DNA of 61,187 nucleotides from Candidatus Omnitrophota bacterium (GTDB lineage: Bacteria; Omnitrophota; Gorgyraeia; Tantalellales; Tantalellaceae), in assembly GCA_043822245.1 (NCBI GenBank), contig JBDRBY010000046.1, forward strand, positions 1 through 61,187. The letters run 5' to 3'. Both the position numbers and the translations under genes were made by a program. Below the pieces are notes generated by a model, which was given only the letters and a program-made list of their open reading frames with translations, was not told the DNA's origin and made no database searches. This document shows, one piece after another, positions 25,989 to 36,546 of this stretch (the stretch's first letter is position 1; each line of letters opens with the position of its first letter).

Positions 25989-26870
25989 ATGACTAAAAAG
26001 ATTGTTTGGCTTATAACATGTGTGGCTCTTGTGGCGGGTTTATGGCTTTGGAAGCCGTGGCAGGCTAAGAGCGCGGGAGTGGATGAGTCCCTTTCTTCTT
26101 CGAATGCGGAGCGAAGTGAGGAGTTTGAGCAAGAGGTTTTATCTTTCGTTATAGACGGGCGAAGCGCGAACGGCGTGAATGAGTGGCATTTAGAAGGTGA
26201 GTCCGCCGAGATTGTGGATGAAATCATATATCTGAACCATTTAAAAGCGGTAGTTTATGGAGAAGATAATTCTGCTAATTTGTTCTCAGATTACGGAGTC
26301 TACCATAAACAAACCGGTGAGGTGGAACTTGTCGGCAATGTAAAAGTTATTTCTAAGGATGGGGCCGTTCTTTTGACGGATAAAGCCGTATGGTCGCAGA
26401 TAACCAAAGAAGTTTCCACGGATGAGATTGTCCGTATAACGCATGAAAAAATGGTAGCTGTAGGCAGGGGAGGCATGGCGAATTCTGAAGAAAAGAAGGC
26501 GATGCTTACAAAAGATGTTAAGGTGACGATCGAACCGGATACAACTGTGACCTGTGATGGGCCTTTGGCGGTTGATTACGAAAAAAGTAAAGCTGTGTTT
26601 TACGATAATGTCAGAGTAGAGGATGCCGATGGTGTGCTTTTTTCAGACAAACTTACAGTAGAATTTGATAAAGACGCGGGGAAAGTCGTCAGGGTTATAG
26701 CCGAAGGTAATGTGAGAATAAAAAAAGGCAAAAGTTACACACTTAGCGAAAAGGCGGTATATACTGACAGTACCAAGCATGCCCGGCTTTTAGGAAACCC
26801 GAGAGTGATTATCGACCCTATGGAATTGTCGAAATTCGAGGATTTTGGAGCCATAAAAGGAAAAAGCTAA
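25989..26870 (+). CDS. LptC-like plus LptA/OstA-like fused LPS transport protein
   Basis: N-terminal anchor IVWLITCVALVAGLWLW. An LptC-like half follows (..LFSDYGVYHKQTGEVELVGNVKVISKDGAVLLTDKAVW), then an OstA-like half (AVFYDNVRVEDADGVLFSDKLTVEF...AEGNVRIKKG..LSEKAVYTDSTKHARLLGNPRV). lptB follows directly. Confidence 0.6.
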   Translation: MTKKIVWLITCVALVAGLWLWKPWQAKSAGVDESLSSSNAERSEEFEQEVLSFVIDGRSANGVNEWHLEGESAEIVDEIIYLNHLKAVVYGEDNSANLFSDYGVYHKQTGEVELVGNVKVISKDGAVLLTDKAVWSQITKEVSTDEIVRITHEKMVAVGRGGMANSEEKKAMLTKDVKVTIEPDTTVTCDGPLAVDYEKSKAVFYDNVRVEDADGVLFSDKLTVEFDKDAGKVVRVIAEGNVRIKKGKSYTLSEKAVYTDSTKHARLLGNPRVIIDPMELSKFEDFGAIKGKS

Positions 26871-26912
26871 CCAGACTCGCTCCAACGAGCGACGAAAAGT
26901 GAGCGACGAAAA

Positions 26913-27635
26913 ATGCATTTACTGGAAACTCGAGAATTGGAGAAAGAATATAGCGGCAGAAGTGTCGTAAGAGGCGTTAGCATCAATGTGCAAAGAAGTG
27001 AAATTGTAGGACTTTTAGGCCCAAATGGCGCGGGCAAAACAACCACATTTTATATGGTCACAGGTATTATAAAGCCTGACAGAGGGCATGTTATCTTTGA
27101 TAAAAAAGACATAACTGATCTGCCAATATATCAGAGGGCTCGTTCAGGGATAGGTTATCTTTCCCAGGAACCATCTATTTTTAGAAAACTTACCGTTGAA
27201 GAAAATATTATGGCCATTATGGAAACCCTTGGGTTCCCTCGTCAAGAAAGGGCCCGCCAGCTGGATAATTTGCTCAATCAGCTAAAAATAGCGCATTTAC
27301 GTAAAAATAAGGCTTATACTCTATCGGGCGGGGAGAGAAGGAGGCTTGAGATAACCAGGACATTGGTTACAAATCCTATGTTCATATTGTTAGATGAACC
27401 GTTTAGTGGTATAGATCCGATCGCGGTGTATGATTGTCAGGAAGTAATCAGAGAGTTAAAAAGCATGGGATTGGGTATTCTTCTTACGGATCACAATGTG
27501 CGCGAAACACTCACAATAACAGATAGAGCGTACATTATGTACGAAGGCCAGATTCTTATCTCCGGCACAAAAGAAGAATTAATAAACGACCCCCAAGCCA
27601 GGGAGATATATTTAGGAGAGACGTTTAGCATTTGA
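26913..27635 (+). CDS. lptB: LPS export ABC transporter ATP-binding protein
   Basis: [12 protein letters not shown] Walker [12 protein letters not shown] signature and [12 protein letters not shown] Walker B; 240 aa. Confidence 0.95.
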   Translation: MHLLETRELEKEYSGRSVVRGVSINVQRSEIVGLLGPNGAGKTTTFYMVTGIIKPDRGHVIFDKKDITDLPIYQRARSGIGYLSQEPSIFRKLTVEENIMAIMETLGFPRQERARQLDNLLNQLKIAHLRKNKAYTLSGGERRRLEITRTLVTNPMFILLDEPFSGIDPIAVYDCQEVIRELKSMGLGILLTDHNVRETLTITDRAYIMYEGQILISGTKEELINDPQAREIYLGETFSI

Positions 27636-27693
27636 AATCAACCTGCCAAAAACATCATATTTTCTATTAAAATCAAATAATTATACCAATCAC

Positions 27694-27728
27694 AAAAAAT
27701 CCCCCTACCCCCTTTTTCAAAGTGGGGG
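27694..27728 (-). repeat. solo (-) cap of FEKG-type element
   Basis: AAAAAATCCCCCTACCCCCTTTTTCAAAGTGGGGG. Confidence 0.8.
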
Positions 27729-27937
27729 AAAATTGGTGGCATTTAATTTTTAGAGTTGGTATTAAGTGCTTGAATTGACAAGGGGATAATGATATGATTA
27801 CGACAATAGGAGAGAATTTTGGTGGTGTTTTTGGTGGTCAATCCCTGTAAAATTCAAACAAGATTGCTTCCCGACGCGCTCCGCTCGCGGCCGTTTTTGA
27901 CACGAAATATTTAGATATTGAAAAACTGGATGTATGA

Positions 27938-27946
27938 TGATATATT
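27938..27946 (+). promoter_or_regulatory. extended -10 TGATATATT upstream of hpf
   Basis: TGnTAnnnT lies 23 nt before ATG 27969. The same geometry occurs at 18630, 30666 and 33727. Confidence 0.3.
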
Positions 27947-27968
27947 GTAGCTTTTCAAAAGGGGGAAT

Positions 27969-28301
27969 ATGGAAATAATTATTACTAGCAGGAATATGGA
28001 TCTGAGCAATACTCTAAAAAGGTATGTGCGCAAAAGGTTAAGCAAAGTAAAACGTCTCTACAAACGTATTTACAGGTGTGAAGTTATTTTGGAAGAAGAA
28101 AAAATTAGAAAAAACGTGGAAGTAGTTATCCATCTTAAAAGAAATAGAATAGTCGCGAAGGAAAGTTCTTTAGACGTTTTTACGTCAATTGACGAGACTG
28201 TTGATAAAGTGAAAACACAACTAAGAAGGTTAAATGACAGAGTTTTGTCTGTTAGAAAACAGAGGAAAGAAGTCAGAAGGCAAAAAACAGTGGACTTTTA
28301 A
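27969..28301 (+). CDS. hpf: ribosome hibernation promoting factor (short HPF/RaiA)
   Basis: MEIIITSRNMDLSNTLKRYVRKRLSKV......V.LEEEK follows the sigma-54 modulation protein family pattern; 110 aa. Confidence 0.85.
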   Translation: MEIIITSRNMDLSNTLKRYVRKRLSKVKRLYKRIYRCEVILEEEKIRKNVEVVIHLKRNRIVAKESSLDVFTSIDETVDKVKTQLRRLNDRVLSVRKQRKEVRRQKTVDF

Positions 28302-28308
28302 AATAACT

Positions 28309-29577
28309 ATGAAAAGTAAGATAAAAAAATTAAAGGGGACGCTTCGGCAGTTTGATATAGATGTGCCGCGCGCGGTTGTGGATGACGTGTTAAATAAAAT
28401 CCTGGAGGATTTTAGGCGGGAAGCTAAAATACCGGGTTTTCGGCAGGGCAAAGCGCCTGTGGGCCTTGTGCGCAAAAGATACCAAAAAGAAGCGGAAGAT
28501 GAATTAAAACAGGATCTAATCCCTAAGGCGTACCAGGAGGCGTTGGAAGAGAGTGAAGTAAATCCGGTAAGTTATCCTGAAATATCGGATGTAATTTTTG
28601 CCGCGGACGGAAGCCTTTCCTTCAAAGCGGTGTTTGATGTTTATCCGGCAGTCGGACTTAAAAAATATAAGGCTTTAAAGGTTACTACGCGAAAGGTTAA
28701 GGTTACGGAAGAAGAAATAAAGGAATCGCTTACGCGCGTCCAAAATATATGTGCGGAACATATTGATGTAGCGAGGCCTCTTGAAAAAGGAGATTTTGCC
28801 GTATGTGATGTTGAAACCTTTGTTGATGGTAAAAATGTCGCGAAAAAACGCGAAAATATGTGGATTGAGGTTAGCAAAGAAGCGTCTATGCTTGGTATGG
28901 GAGAATATCTTCAAGGTTTAAAAATAAGCGACAAAAAAGATGTGGAAACGGTTTTGCCGGAAGGGTATCCGGACAAGAAATACGCGGGGAAGAAAGCTGT
29001 GTTCAAAGTTGAGGTTAAACAGACCAAAGAAAAGAGGATGCCTGAACTGGGTGAGGAATTAGCTTCTAAGCTTAAAAAAAACAGCATAGATGAAGTTCGG
29101 GAAGAATTGAAATCAAGCCTGTTGGAGAGAAAAGAAAGCGATGCTAAAGCCGAAATGAAAAATCAAATCATGGAACAATTATTAAAAAGCCATCCTTTTG
29201 ATTCTCCGGGATCTATGGTTGCCAGGCAGTATAAAGTTCTTGTCCAAAAAACCGAAAATGAATCGCGGGAAAAAGGCGTGGATAAAGAAACAATAGGATC
29301 AAATCAAAAAGAATTGGAACAAAAACTGCTTAAAGAAGCTGAAAACAAAGTTCGATTGTATTTTATACTTGACGAAATAGCTAAGAAAGAGAAGATTGAT
29401 GTGACCGAAGAGGAGACAGATAAATGGCTGGAAAATCTCGCGGATTCTTTCAAAAACCCTTTTGAGGAAGTGAAAAAATATTATGAGAAACACAATCTTA
29501 TTGAAGGGTTGAGAGAACAGCTGAGGGAAGAAAAGACGCTGGATTTTCTTCTCCAAGAAGCGAAAATAGCGGATTAA
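28309..29577 (+). CDS. tig: trigger factor
   Basis: The N-terminus [14 protein letters not shown] is the TF signature. Followed by clpP. ATG 28309 is preferred because ORF start 28234 overlaps hpf. Confidence 0.9.
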   Translation: MKSKIKKLKGTLRQFDIDVPRAVVDDVLNKILEDFRREAKIPGFRQGKAPVGLVRKRYQKEAEDELKQDLIPKAYQEALEESEVNPVSYPEISDVIFAADGSLSFKAVFDVYPAVGLKKYKALKVTTRKVKVTEEEIKESLTRVQNICAEHIDVARPLEKGDFAVCDVETFVDGKNVAKKRENMWIEVSKEASMLGMGEYLQGLKISDKKDVETVLPEGYPDKKYAGKKAVFKVEVKQTKEKRMPELGEELASKLKKNSIDEVREELKSSLLERKESDAKAEMKNQIMEQLLKSHPFDSPGSMVARQYKVLVQKTENESREKGVDKETIGSNQKELEQKLLKEAENKVRLYFILDEIAKKEKIDVTEEETDKWLENLADSFKNPFEEVKKYYEKHNLIEGLREQLREEKTLDFLLQEAKIAD

Positions 29578-29612
29578 TTACAGGAGCGATAACCGAACCC
29601 AGGGGGGGGATA

Positions 29613-30194
29613 ATGAACATAGTACCGATGGTCATCGAAAAAGAGGGCAGGCTCGAGAGGGCGTATGATATTTATTCGCGGTTATTAAAGGACAGGATAA
29701 TTTTCATTGGTTCGCCTATAGATGATAATGTGGCGAACATAGTAGTCGCGCAGCTTTTATATCTTCAAACAGAGGACTCTGACAAAGACATCAACATTTA
29801 TATCAACAGCCCCGGTGGAAATGTTACGAGCGGTTTATCCATTTATGATACTATGCAATTTGTTAAGCCGGATGTGAATACTTATTGTATGGGCCAGGCC
29901 GCCAGTATGGGCGCGGTGCTGTTGGCCGCTGGTACAAAAGGTAAAAGGTACGCCCTGCCTTATTCCAGGATCATGATGCATCAGCCATGGGGTGGGACTC
30001 AAGGTACCGCTACTGATATTCATATCCAGGCTCAGGAGATACTGAGAATTAAAGATATGCTGGAAGGTATTCTTGTGAAACATACAGGACAAACGCTAAA
30101 ACGCGTACAAGCGGATACGGATAGAGACTATTTTATGAGCGCGAAAGAAGCGAAGGATTATGGAATAGTAGACCAGGTAGTTACCAGCGCATAA
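29613..30194 (+). CDS. clpP: ATP-dependent Clp protease proteolytic subunit
   Basis: [25 protein letters not shown] (Ser), MMHQP (His) and a downstream Asp. 193 aa. A G8 tract 29602-29609 serves as the RBS region. Confidence 0.95.
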   Translation: MNIVPMVIEKEGRLERAYDIYSRLLKDRIIFIGSPIDDNVANIVVAQLLYLQTEDSDKDINIYINSPGGNVTSGLSIYDTMQFVKPDVNTYCMGQAASMGAVLLAAGTKGKRYALPYSRIMMHQPWGGTQGTATDIHIQAQEILRIKDMLEGILVKHTGQTLKRVQADTDRDYFMSAKEAKDYGIVDQVVTSA

Positions 30195-30240
30195 CACGCA
30201 GTGATATACGCTAAGGTAGTATCAAAGGAAGCAAAAAAAA

Positions 30241-30443
30241 GGATACAAAATTGTTTCCCCCCTTTGAAAAAGGGGGAAAAAGGTAAGTTTCTTTATCGTT
30301 TCCACTTTGTGAAAAAGGGGGAAAAAGGTAAGTTTCTTTATCGTTTCCACTTTGTGAAAAAGGGCGCAAAATTGTTTACTTCTTTTGAAAAAGGATACAA
30401 AATTGTTTCCCCCCTTTGAAAAAGGGGGATAGGGGGATTTAAC
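30241..30443 (+). repeat. FEKG-type element: mixed 31/45-bp units plus (+) cap
   Basis: GGATACAAAATTGTTTCCCCCCTTTGAAAAA units at both ends. Two 45-bp units (period 30271 to 30316). Ends in GGGGGATAGGGGGATTTAAC. Confidence 0.9.
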
Positions 30444-30482
30444 GCGCGAGCCGTCACGAAGAAAAAACAGCCAACATCGAAA

Positions 30483-30569
30483 GAGGGCTACGGAGTGGAC
30501 ATAGAAGCAAATTTTGCGGATATAAGTTCAGAAATGAAAATGATTTGTAAGGTGGTGGAGAGAAAATAA
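30483..30569 (+). pseudogene. DUF559 3' remnant between (+) and (-) caps
   Basis: 30519-30566 matches the 3' end of the intact DUF559 gene at about 35 of 48 nt by eye. Translation ADISSEMKMICKVVERK* compares with RDTDSVMEVIYKVVEGKIKSP*. It is joined to the (-) cap in the same way. Confidence 0.6.
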
Positions 30570-30650
30570 ATCCCCCTAGCCCCCTTTTTCAAAGGGGGGA
30601 AAAGATAAGCCTTTTTTCAAAAGGGGGAGAAAGATAAGCTTTTTCAAGGG
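30568..30650 (-). repeat. (-) cap plus 2 array units
   Basis: AAATCCCCCTAGCCCCCTTTTTCAAAGGGGGG AAAAGATAAGCCTTTTTTCAAAAGGGGGAG AAAGATAAGCTTTTTCAAGGG. Confidence 0.85.
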
Positions 30651-30702
30651 ACATTTAACGAAAACTTTTGATAGTATCACGCTAATCAGAGGAGGGACAT
30701 TG

Positions 30703-31833
30703 ATGAAGAAATACAGGCTGTTGTCACCAGGGCCCACGCCGGTTCCTGAGAAGATTTTGTTAAAGATGGCGGATACAATAATGCATCATAGAACGCCTCA
30801 GTTTCAGGTTGTTTTAAAAAATGTGCATGAAAAGCTAAAAAAGGTTTTTCAGACTGTAAATCCGGTGTTTATTTTAGCGTCAAGCGGAACCGGCGCGATG
30901 GAAAGTTCTGTAATAAATTTCTTATCCAGGGGAGATAAGGCTATTGTGGTTAGGGGCGGAAAGTTTGGAGAACGATTTAGCGAAATTTGTGGAATGTATG
31001 GTGTAACAGCCATAGATTATGACGTCACCTGGGGCGAAGCCGCGGATCCCGGAGTTATAGAAAAACTCTTAAAAGAGTCTCCAGAGGTAAAAGCTGTATA
31101 TGCCACTTTGTGTGAGACATCAACAGGTGTGGTAAACGACATCAAGGAAATAGCTAAAAAGGTTTCTTTAACCGACGCGATACTTGTGGTGGACGCTATA
31201 AGCGGTTTAACCGCGGATGAATTAAGGCCCGACGAATGGGCGGTTGACGTGGTGGTTTCAGGTTCGCAAAAAGGGCTTATGCTTCCGCCGGGGATCGCGT
31301 TTTTAAGCCTTAGTCCAAAGGCGGAGAAACTTATGCAGTCGTCAGATTTGCCTAAATATTATTTTGATTTAAAGGCCGCCAAAAAAGCGCATGAAAAAAA
31401 TGATACGCCGTGGACTCCGGCTGTTTCTTTGATTATGGGGCTGGACAGCGCGTTGGATATGATACTGGAGGAAGGATTAGATAATGTGCTGAAAAGGCAC
31501 GCGTGTTTGGCAAACGCGGTACGGGAAGCGGTAAAGAGTATTGGGCTTGAAATTTTTGCCCAAAGGCCGTCAAACGCGGTGACATCGGTAAAAGTGCCGG
31601 CGGGAGTTGACGGCTCAGCGCTGGTAAAAAAGATGAGAGATGAACAAGGGATAACCATAGCCGGCGGGCAGGGAATTCTTAAGGGAAAAATTTTTAGGAT
31701 AGCGCATCTTGGTTATATGGACGGATATGATGAGATTTCCGCTGTCGCCGGAGTAGAAATGGTTCTTAAACAGCTTGGTTATAAAGTTGAGTTAGGCAAA
31801 GGTGTTGGGAAGTTGCAGGAAATGTTAGGGTAG
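30703..31833 (+). CDS. class V aminotransferase (serine-pyruvate/alanine-glyoxylate family; possibly phosphoserine aminotransferase role)
   Basis: LLSPGPTPVP and SGSQKGLMLPPG (PLP lysine). Adjacent to serA. RBS GGAGGG lies 6 nt before ATG 30703. Confidence 0.85.
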   Translation: MKKYRLLSPGPTPVPEKILLKMADTIMHHRTPQFQVVLKNVHEKLKKVFQTVNPVFILASSGTGAMESSVINFLSRGDKAIVVRGGKFGERFSEICGMYGVTAIDYDVTWGEAADPGVIEKLLKESPEVKAVYATLCETSTGVVNDIKEIAKKVSLTDAILVVDAISGLTADELRPDEWAVDVVVSGSQKGLMLPPGIAFLSLSPKAEKLMQSSDLPKYYFDLKAAKKAHEKNDTPWTPAVSLIMGLDSALDMILEEGLDNVLKRHACLANAVREAVKSIGLEIFAQRPSNAVTSVKVPAGVDGSALVKKMRDEQGITIAGGQGILKGKIFRIAHLGYMDGYDEISAVAGVEMVLKQLGYKVELGKGVGKLQEMLG

Positions 31834-31860
31834 AAATTTTTAAAGAGAGGAGTAAAACTT

Positions 31861-33450
31861 ATGGCGATAAAAATATTAGTGAGTGATCCTTTATCCAAGG
31901 AAGGGATCGTGATATTAAAAGAGGCGAACTTCGAAGTTGACGAAGTTTTTAAGCTTAGTGAGGAAGATTTGGTTAAAAAGATAAAAGGGTATGATGCCCT
32001 CGTTATAAGAAGCGGCACTACTGTGACAAAAAAAATAATAGAAGCTTCGGACACTTTGAAAATTATTGGTAGAGCGGGAGTGGGCCTGGATAATGTCGAC
32101 GTCGAGTCTGCGTCTAAAAAGGGTATTATTGTAATGAATGCCCCTAGCGGAAATACTATATCGACCGCGGAACATGCTTTCAGTCTTATGCTTTCTCTTT
32201 CAAGAAATATTCCACAGGCAAACCAGTCCGTGAAACAAGGTAAGTGGGAAAGAAAAAAATTTATGGGAGTGGAATTGTACGGGAAAACCTTGGGAATTAT
32301 CGGGCTTGGCCGGATTGGCACGGAATTCGCTAAGAGAGCTCTTAGTTTTGGCATGAAAATAATAGCGTTTGATCCGTTTCTTTCGGAAGAACGCGCTGAA
32401 TCTCTTAGCGTGGAGCCTGTGAATTTGGATGATCTTTTCAAAAGGTCCGATTTTATTACGATACACACGCCGCTTACAGATGATACCAGGCATCTTATTG
32501 ATGAGGATGCCTTTAAAAAAATGAAAAATGGAGTTCGTATCATAAACGCCGCTAGAGGGGGCATTATCGATGAGAGTGCTTTGGCGAAGTATATAGCTTC
32601 CGGCAAAGTAAGCGGAGCCGCGCTTGATGTGTACGAAACTTCGGAAACACCGCCGAAAGACAGCCCCGTCGTGGGCATGGATAACGTTGTAACTACACCT
32701 CATTTAGGCGCGTCTACGGAAGAAGCGCAGATAAACGTGGCTATAGATGTCGCCAAAGCTGTAAGAGACGCGCTTTTGGGAAAAGGATTTCGTAACGCGG
32801 CTAATGTGCCTGCCATGGAAGAAGAAGCACTGAGGAGAGTGAGGCCGTACATCAACTTGGCGGAACGCTTAGGTTCGATACAGACTCAGCTTATTAGTGA
32901 GCCTATCAAGAGCATTACAGTGACCTACATAGGCGAGGTAGCGGACGCGGATGTGTCGATAGTTACATCCGCGTTGATGAAAGGCATATTCAATCCAATC
33001 CTGGAAGAGGAAGTCAATTACGTAAACTCTCTTCTGGTAGCTAAAGAGAGAGGGGTTGAGGTTGTTGAAAAAAAGACTTCTAAAATAACGGATTTCGCGA
33101 ATCTGATTAGTGTTGAATTTGATACCGGTAAAAAGAAACATTTTATTATGGGCACGCTTTTCGCCAATAAAGAGCCGCGAATTGTCAAAATGGATAAGTT
33201 TTATGTGGAGGCCATTCCTGACGGGTATATGCTTGTTGTGTCTAACAGGGACGTACCCGGAGTTGTGGGTAAGTTGGGAACGCTTTTGGGGGAACAAGGC
33301 ATCAATATCGCGGAAATGAGTTTTGGCAGAGATAAAAGCACGAAGGAGGCGATTAGTTTGCTAAATGTGGATAGTGAAGTTCCAAAAGACGTTATTGAAA
33401 AACTTAAAAAAGAAGATGACATATATGATGTGAAACAGGTTAAGGTGTGA
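31861..33450 (+). CDS. serA: D-3-phosphoglycerate dehydrogenase (with ASB and ACT domains)
   Basis: GIIGLGRIGTEFA NAD fold, the catalytic R..E..H region (NAARGG, TPHLGAST) and a C-terminal ACT domain (VSNRDVPGVVGKLGTLLGEQGINIA); 529 aa. Confidence 0.95.
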   Translation: MAIKILVSDPLSKEGIVILKEANFEVDEVFKLSEEDLVKKIKGYDALVIRSGTTVTKKIIEASDTLKIIGRAGVGLDNVDVESASKKGIIVMNAPSGNTISTAEHAFSLMLSLSRNIPQANQSVKQGKWERKKFMGVELYGKTLGIIGLGRIGTEFAKRALSFGMKIIAFDPFLSEERAESLSVEPVNLDDLFKRSDFITIHTPLTDDTRHLIDEDAFKKMKNGVRIINAARGGIIDESALAKYIASGKVSGAALDVYETSETPPKDSPVVGMDNVVTTPHLGASTEEAQINVAIDVAKAVRDALLGKGFRNAANVPAMEEEALRRVRPYINLAERLGSIQTQLISEPIKSITVTYIGEVADADVSIVTSALMKGIFNPILEEEVNYVNSLLVAKERGVEVVEKKTSKITDFANLISVEFDTGKKKHFIMGTLFANKEPRIVKMDKFYVEAIPDGYMLVVSNRDVPGVVGKLGTLLGEQGINIAEMSFGRDKSTKEAISLLNVDSEVPKDVIEKLKKEDDIYDVKQVKV

Positions 33451-33486
33451 TTTAGTGTGTAACGGTGGATCGGAACAAGCATCAAT

Positions 33487-33524
33487 TTCTCCCTTTGAAA
33501 AAGGGAGTTTAAGAGGGATTTAAC
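33487..33524 (+). repeat. variant (+) cap
   Basis: TTCTCCCTTTGAAAAAGGGAGTTTAAGAGGGATTTAAC. A (-) cap follows 12 nt later. Confidence 0.8.
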
Positions 33525-33536
33525 GGGTATTTAAAC

Positions 33537-33706
33537 AAAAATCCCCCTAACCCCCTTTTTCAAAGGGGGGAGCAACGAAGCCCTTTTTCAAAGGGGGGAG
33601 CAACGAAGCCCTTTTTCAAAGGGGGGAGCAACGAAGCCCTTTTTCAAAGGGGGGAGCAACGAAGTCCTTTTTCAAAGGGGGGAGCAACGAAGTCCTTTTT
33701 TTCAGG
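33537..33706 (-). repeat. (-) cap plus 28-bp tandem array
   Basis: AAAAATCCCCCTAACCCC, then 5 copies of CTTTTTCAAAGGGGGGAGCAACGAAG[CT]C plus a degenerate unit. Confidence 0.9.
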
Positions 33707-33761
33707 TGGATATGTTTGGTGGAAAATTTTGACAATACTCAGAGATACAAAAGGAGCTTAG

Positions 33762-35015
33762 ATGGCAAGAGCGAAACAAAATATAATCAGGTTTATCGAT
33801 GTAACTAATCGTGACGGAGTTCAGACCTCACGTTTAGGCTTGGCGAAATTACAAAAAACTTTGGTAAACATCTACCTGAACAAGATGGGGGTATTTCAGT
33901 CTGAATTTGGGTTTCCGTTTACGAGGCACGAACTCAACTACCTTAACGCGAATTTAGAACTGGCAAGAGAAAAGGTTATTTATCCCATGAGGCTTTCCGG
34001 ATGGATACGGGCGATTGAGGCTGATGTGAAGAAAACGGTTAGAGATACCAAAGTGGAGTATCTTAACATGTCAATCTCCACGTCCGATCAAATGATAAAG
34101 CATAAATTTTCCGGCAAAATGGGGAAAAATGATATCATTGAGTCTGTCACGCGCGCGGTAAAACTCGCGCGCGAAGAGGGCATAAAGGCTATCGGAGTCA
34201 ACGCGGAGGATGCCTCCAGGACAGATATGGATTATCTTATTGAGTTCAGCCAGGCGGCTAAAAATGCCGGAGCGGATCGTGTGCGGTATTGTGATACTTT
34301 AGGATATGATGATCCTTTCACGATATACGACAGGATTTGCGCTCTTGCCGAAGCTGTAAATCTTCCGATAGAGCTTCATTGCCATAATGATTTAGGTATG
34401 GTTGTGGCGGTAAGTGTGGCCGGGGCGAAGGCCGCGATTGACAGCGGCGTTGATGCCTACATTAACACAACCGTTAATGGCATGGGAGAAAGAGCGGGTA
34501 ACGCTGATTTGGTAAGTTGTATCCTGGCGCTAAAATATTCGAGCGGTTTTTTTAACAATCCGAAATATAAACTAGATCCGAATATTAACCTTAAAATGGC
34601 TTGGAAAATTGCTAAGTACGCCTCTTACGCTTTTGGCGTGCCGATTCCCGTTAATCAGGTGGGTGTGGGCGCGAACGCGTTCGCGCATGAATCCGGGATC
34701 CATGCTGACGGCGCGCTAAAGAACAGAAGAAATTATGAGCTTTACGATTTTGAAGAACTTGGCCGCGGTGAACCGGAAATTATTGATACTGGAAGGAATA
34801 TAACAGCGGGCGAATACAGCGGGATAAAAGGGTTTAGGAATGTGTACAATAAATTAGAGATTAAGTTTAAAGACGATGAAGAGGCCACGAAAATATTGGA
34901 GCTTGTGCGGTATGCTAATGTTCACACGCAAAAACCGCTGGTTCGAGATGAACTGCGTTTTATCGCGAAGTATCCCGATATCGCTCAAAAAATATTTACG
35001 ATGACACCGGAGTGA
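33762..35015 (+). CDS. HMGL-like (pyruvate carboxyltransferase) enzyme, isopropylmalate/homocitrate/citramalate synthase family
   Basis: DVTNRDGVQT..., HCHNDLGM and TVNGMGERAGNADL are family motifs. 417 aa; specificity not assignable by eye. Confidence 0.75.
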   Translation: MARAKQNIIRFIDVTNRDGVQTSRLGLAKLQKTLVNIYLNKMGVFQSEFGFPFTRHELNYLNANLELAREKVIYPMRLSGWIRAIEADVKKTVRDTKVEYLNMSISTSDQMIKHKFSGKMGKNDIIESVTRAVKLAREEGIKAIGVNAEDASRTDMDYLIEFSQAAKNAGADRVRYCDTLGYDDPFTIYDRICALAEAVNLPIELHCHNDLGMVVAVSVAGAKAAIDSGVDAYINTTVNGMGERAGNADLVSCILALKYSSGFFNNPKYKLDPNINLKMAWKIAKYASYAFGVPIPVNQVGVGANAFAHESGIHADGALKNRRNYELYDFEELGRGEPEIIDTGRNITAGEYSGIKGFRNVYNKLEIKFKDDEEATKILELVRYANVHTQKPLVRDELRFIAKYPDIAQKIFTMTPE

Positions 35016-35068
35016 GAGACTGAAGTGGGGAAACAGATGACAGAAAACTTGAGACATCTGACCTCTGA

Positions 35069-36511
<1,443 letters not shown>

Positions 36512-36546
36512 TATGGTTTTAATTTTACGTTTAAAAGGAGGAAGTA

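Noticed and set aside
27737-27752. TGGCAT in the lptB-hpf gap could be a sigma-54 -24 element.
   Set aside because: No GC (-12 TTGC) element lies at the required 5-nt spacing; the sequence continues TTAATTTTTAG.
28234-28308. The longer ORF-track starts for tig (28234), dxr (38835), tyrA (54831), cmk (55678), the OMP (7940) and the oxidoreductase (15507) could be the real starts.
   Set aside because: The extensions overlap upstream genes or repeats and lack homology to the family N-termini. Internal ATGs with an RBS match canonical N-termini.
31779-32678. A 299-aa minus-strand ORF (and 32200-32703) lies antisense to serA.
   Set aside because: It lies entirely opposite a strongly conserved serA frame. 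It has low-complexity Ser/Ile/Phe-rich composition and no motifs. This is a typical shadow ORF.
33537-33706. The tandem arrays (also 18252-18460, 49522-49693 and 52855-53130) could be CRISPR arrays.
   Set aside because: The sequence between the constant cores is identical, not unique, within each locus. Periods are 27-45 bp in total. No cas genes or leader are present, and the arrays are capped by inverted terminal motifs.
33537-33706. The G6 runs of the 28-bp array could form a G-quadruplex or i-motif.
   Set aside because: The runs are separated by 22 nt, far longer than canonical G4 loops. This is possible but unsupported, and hairpin formation of the CTTTTTCAAAGG core is the simpler reading.
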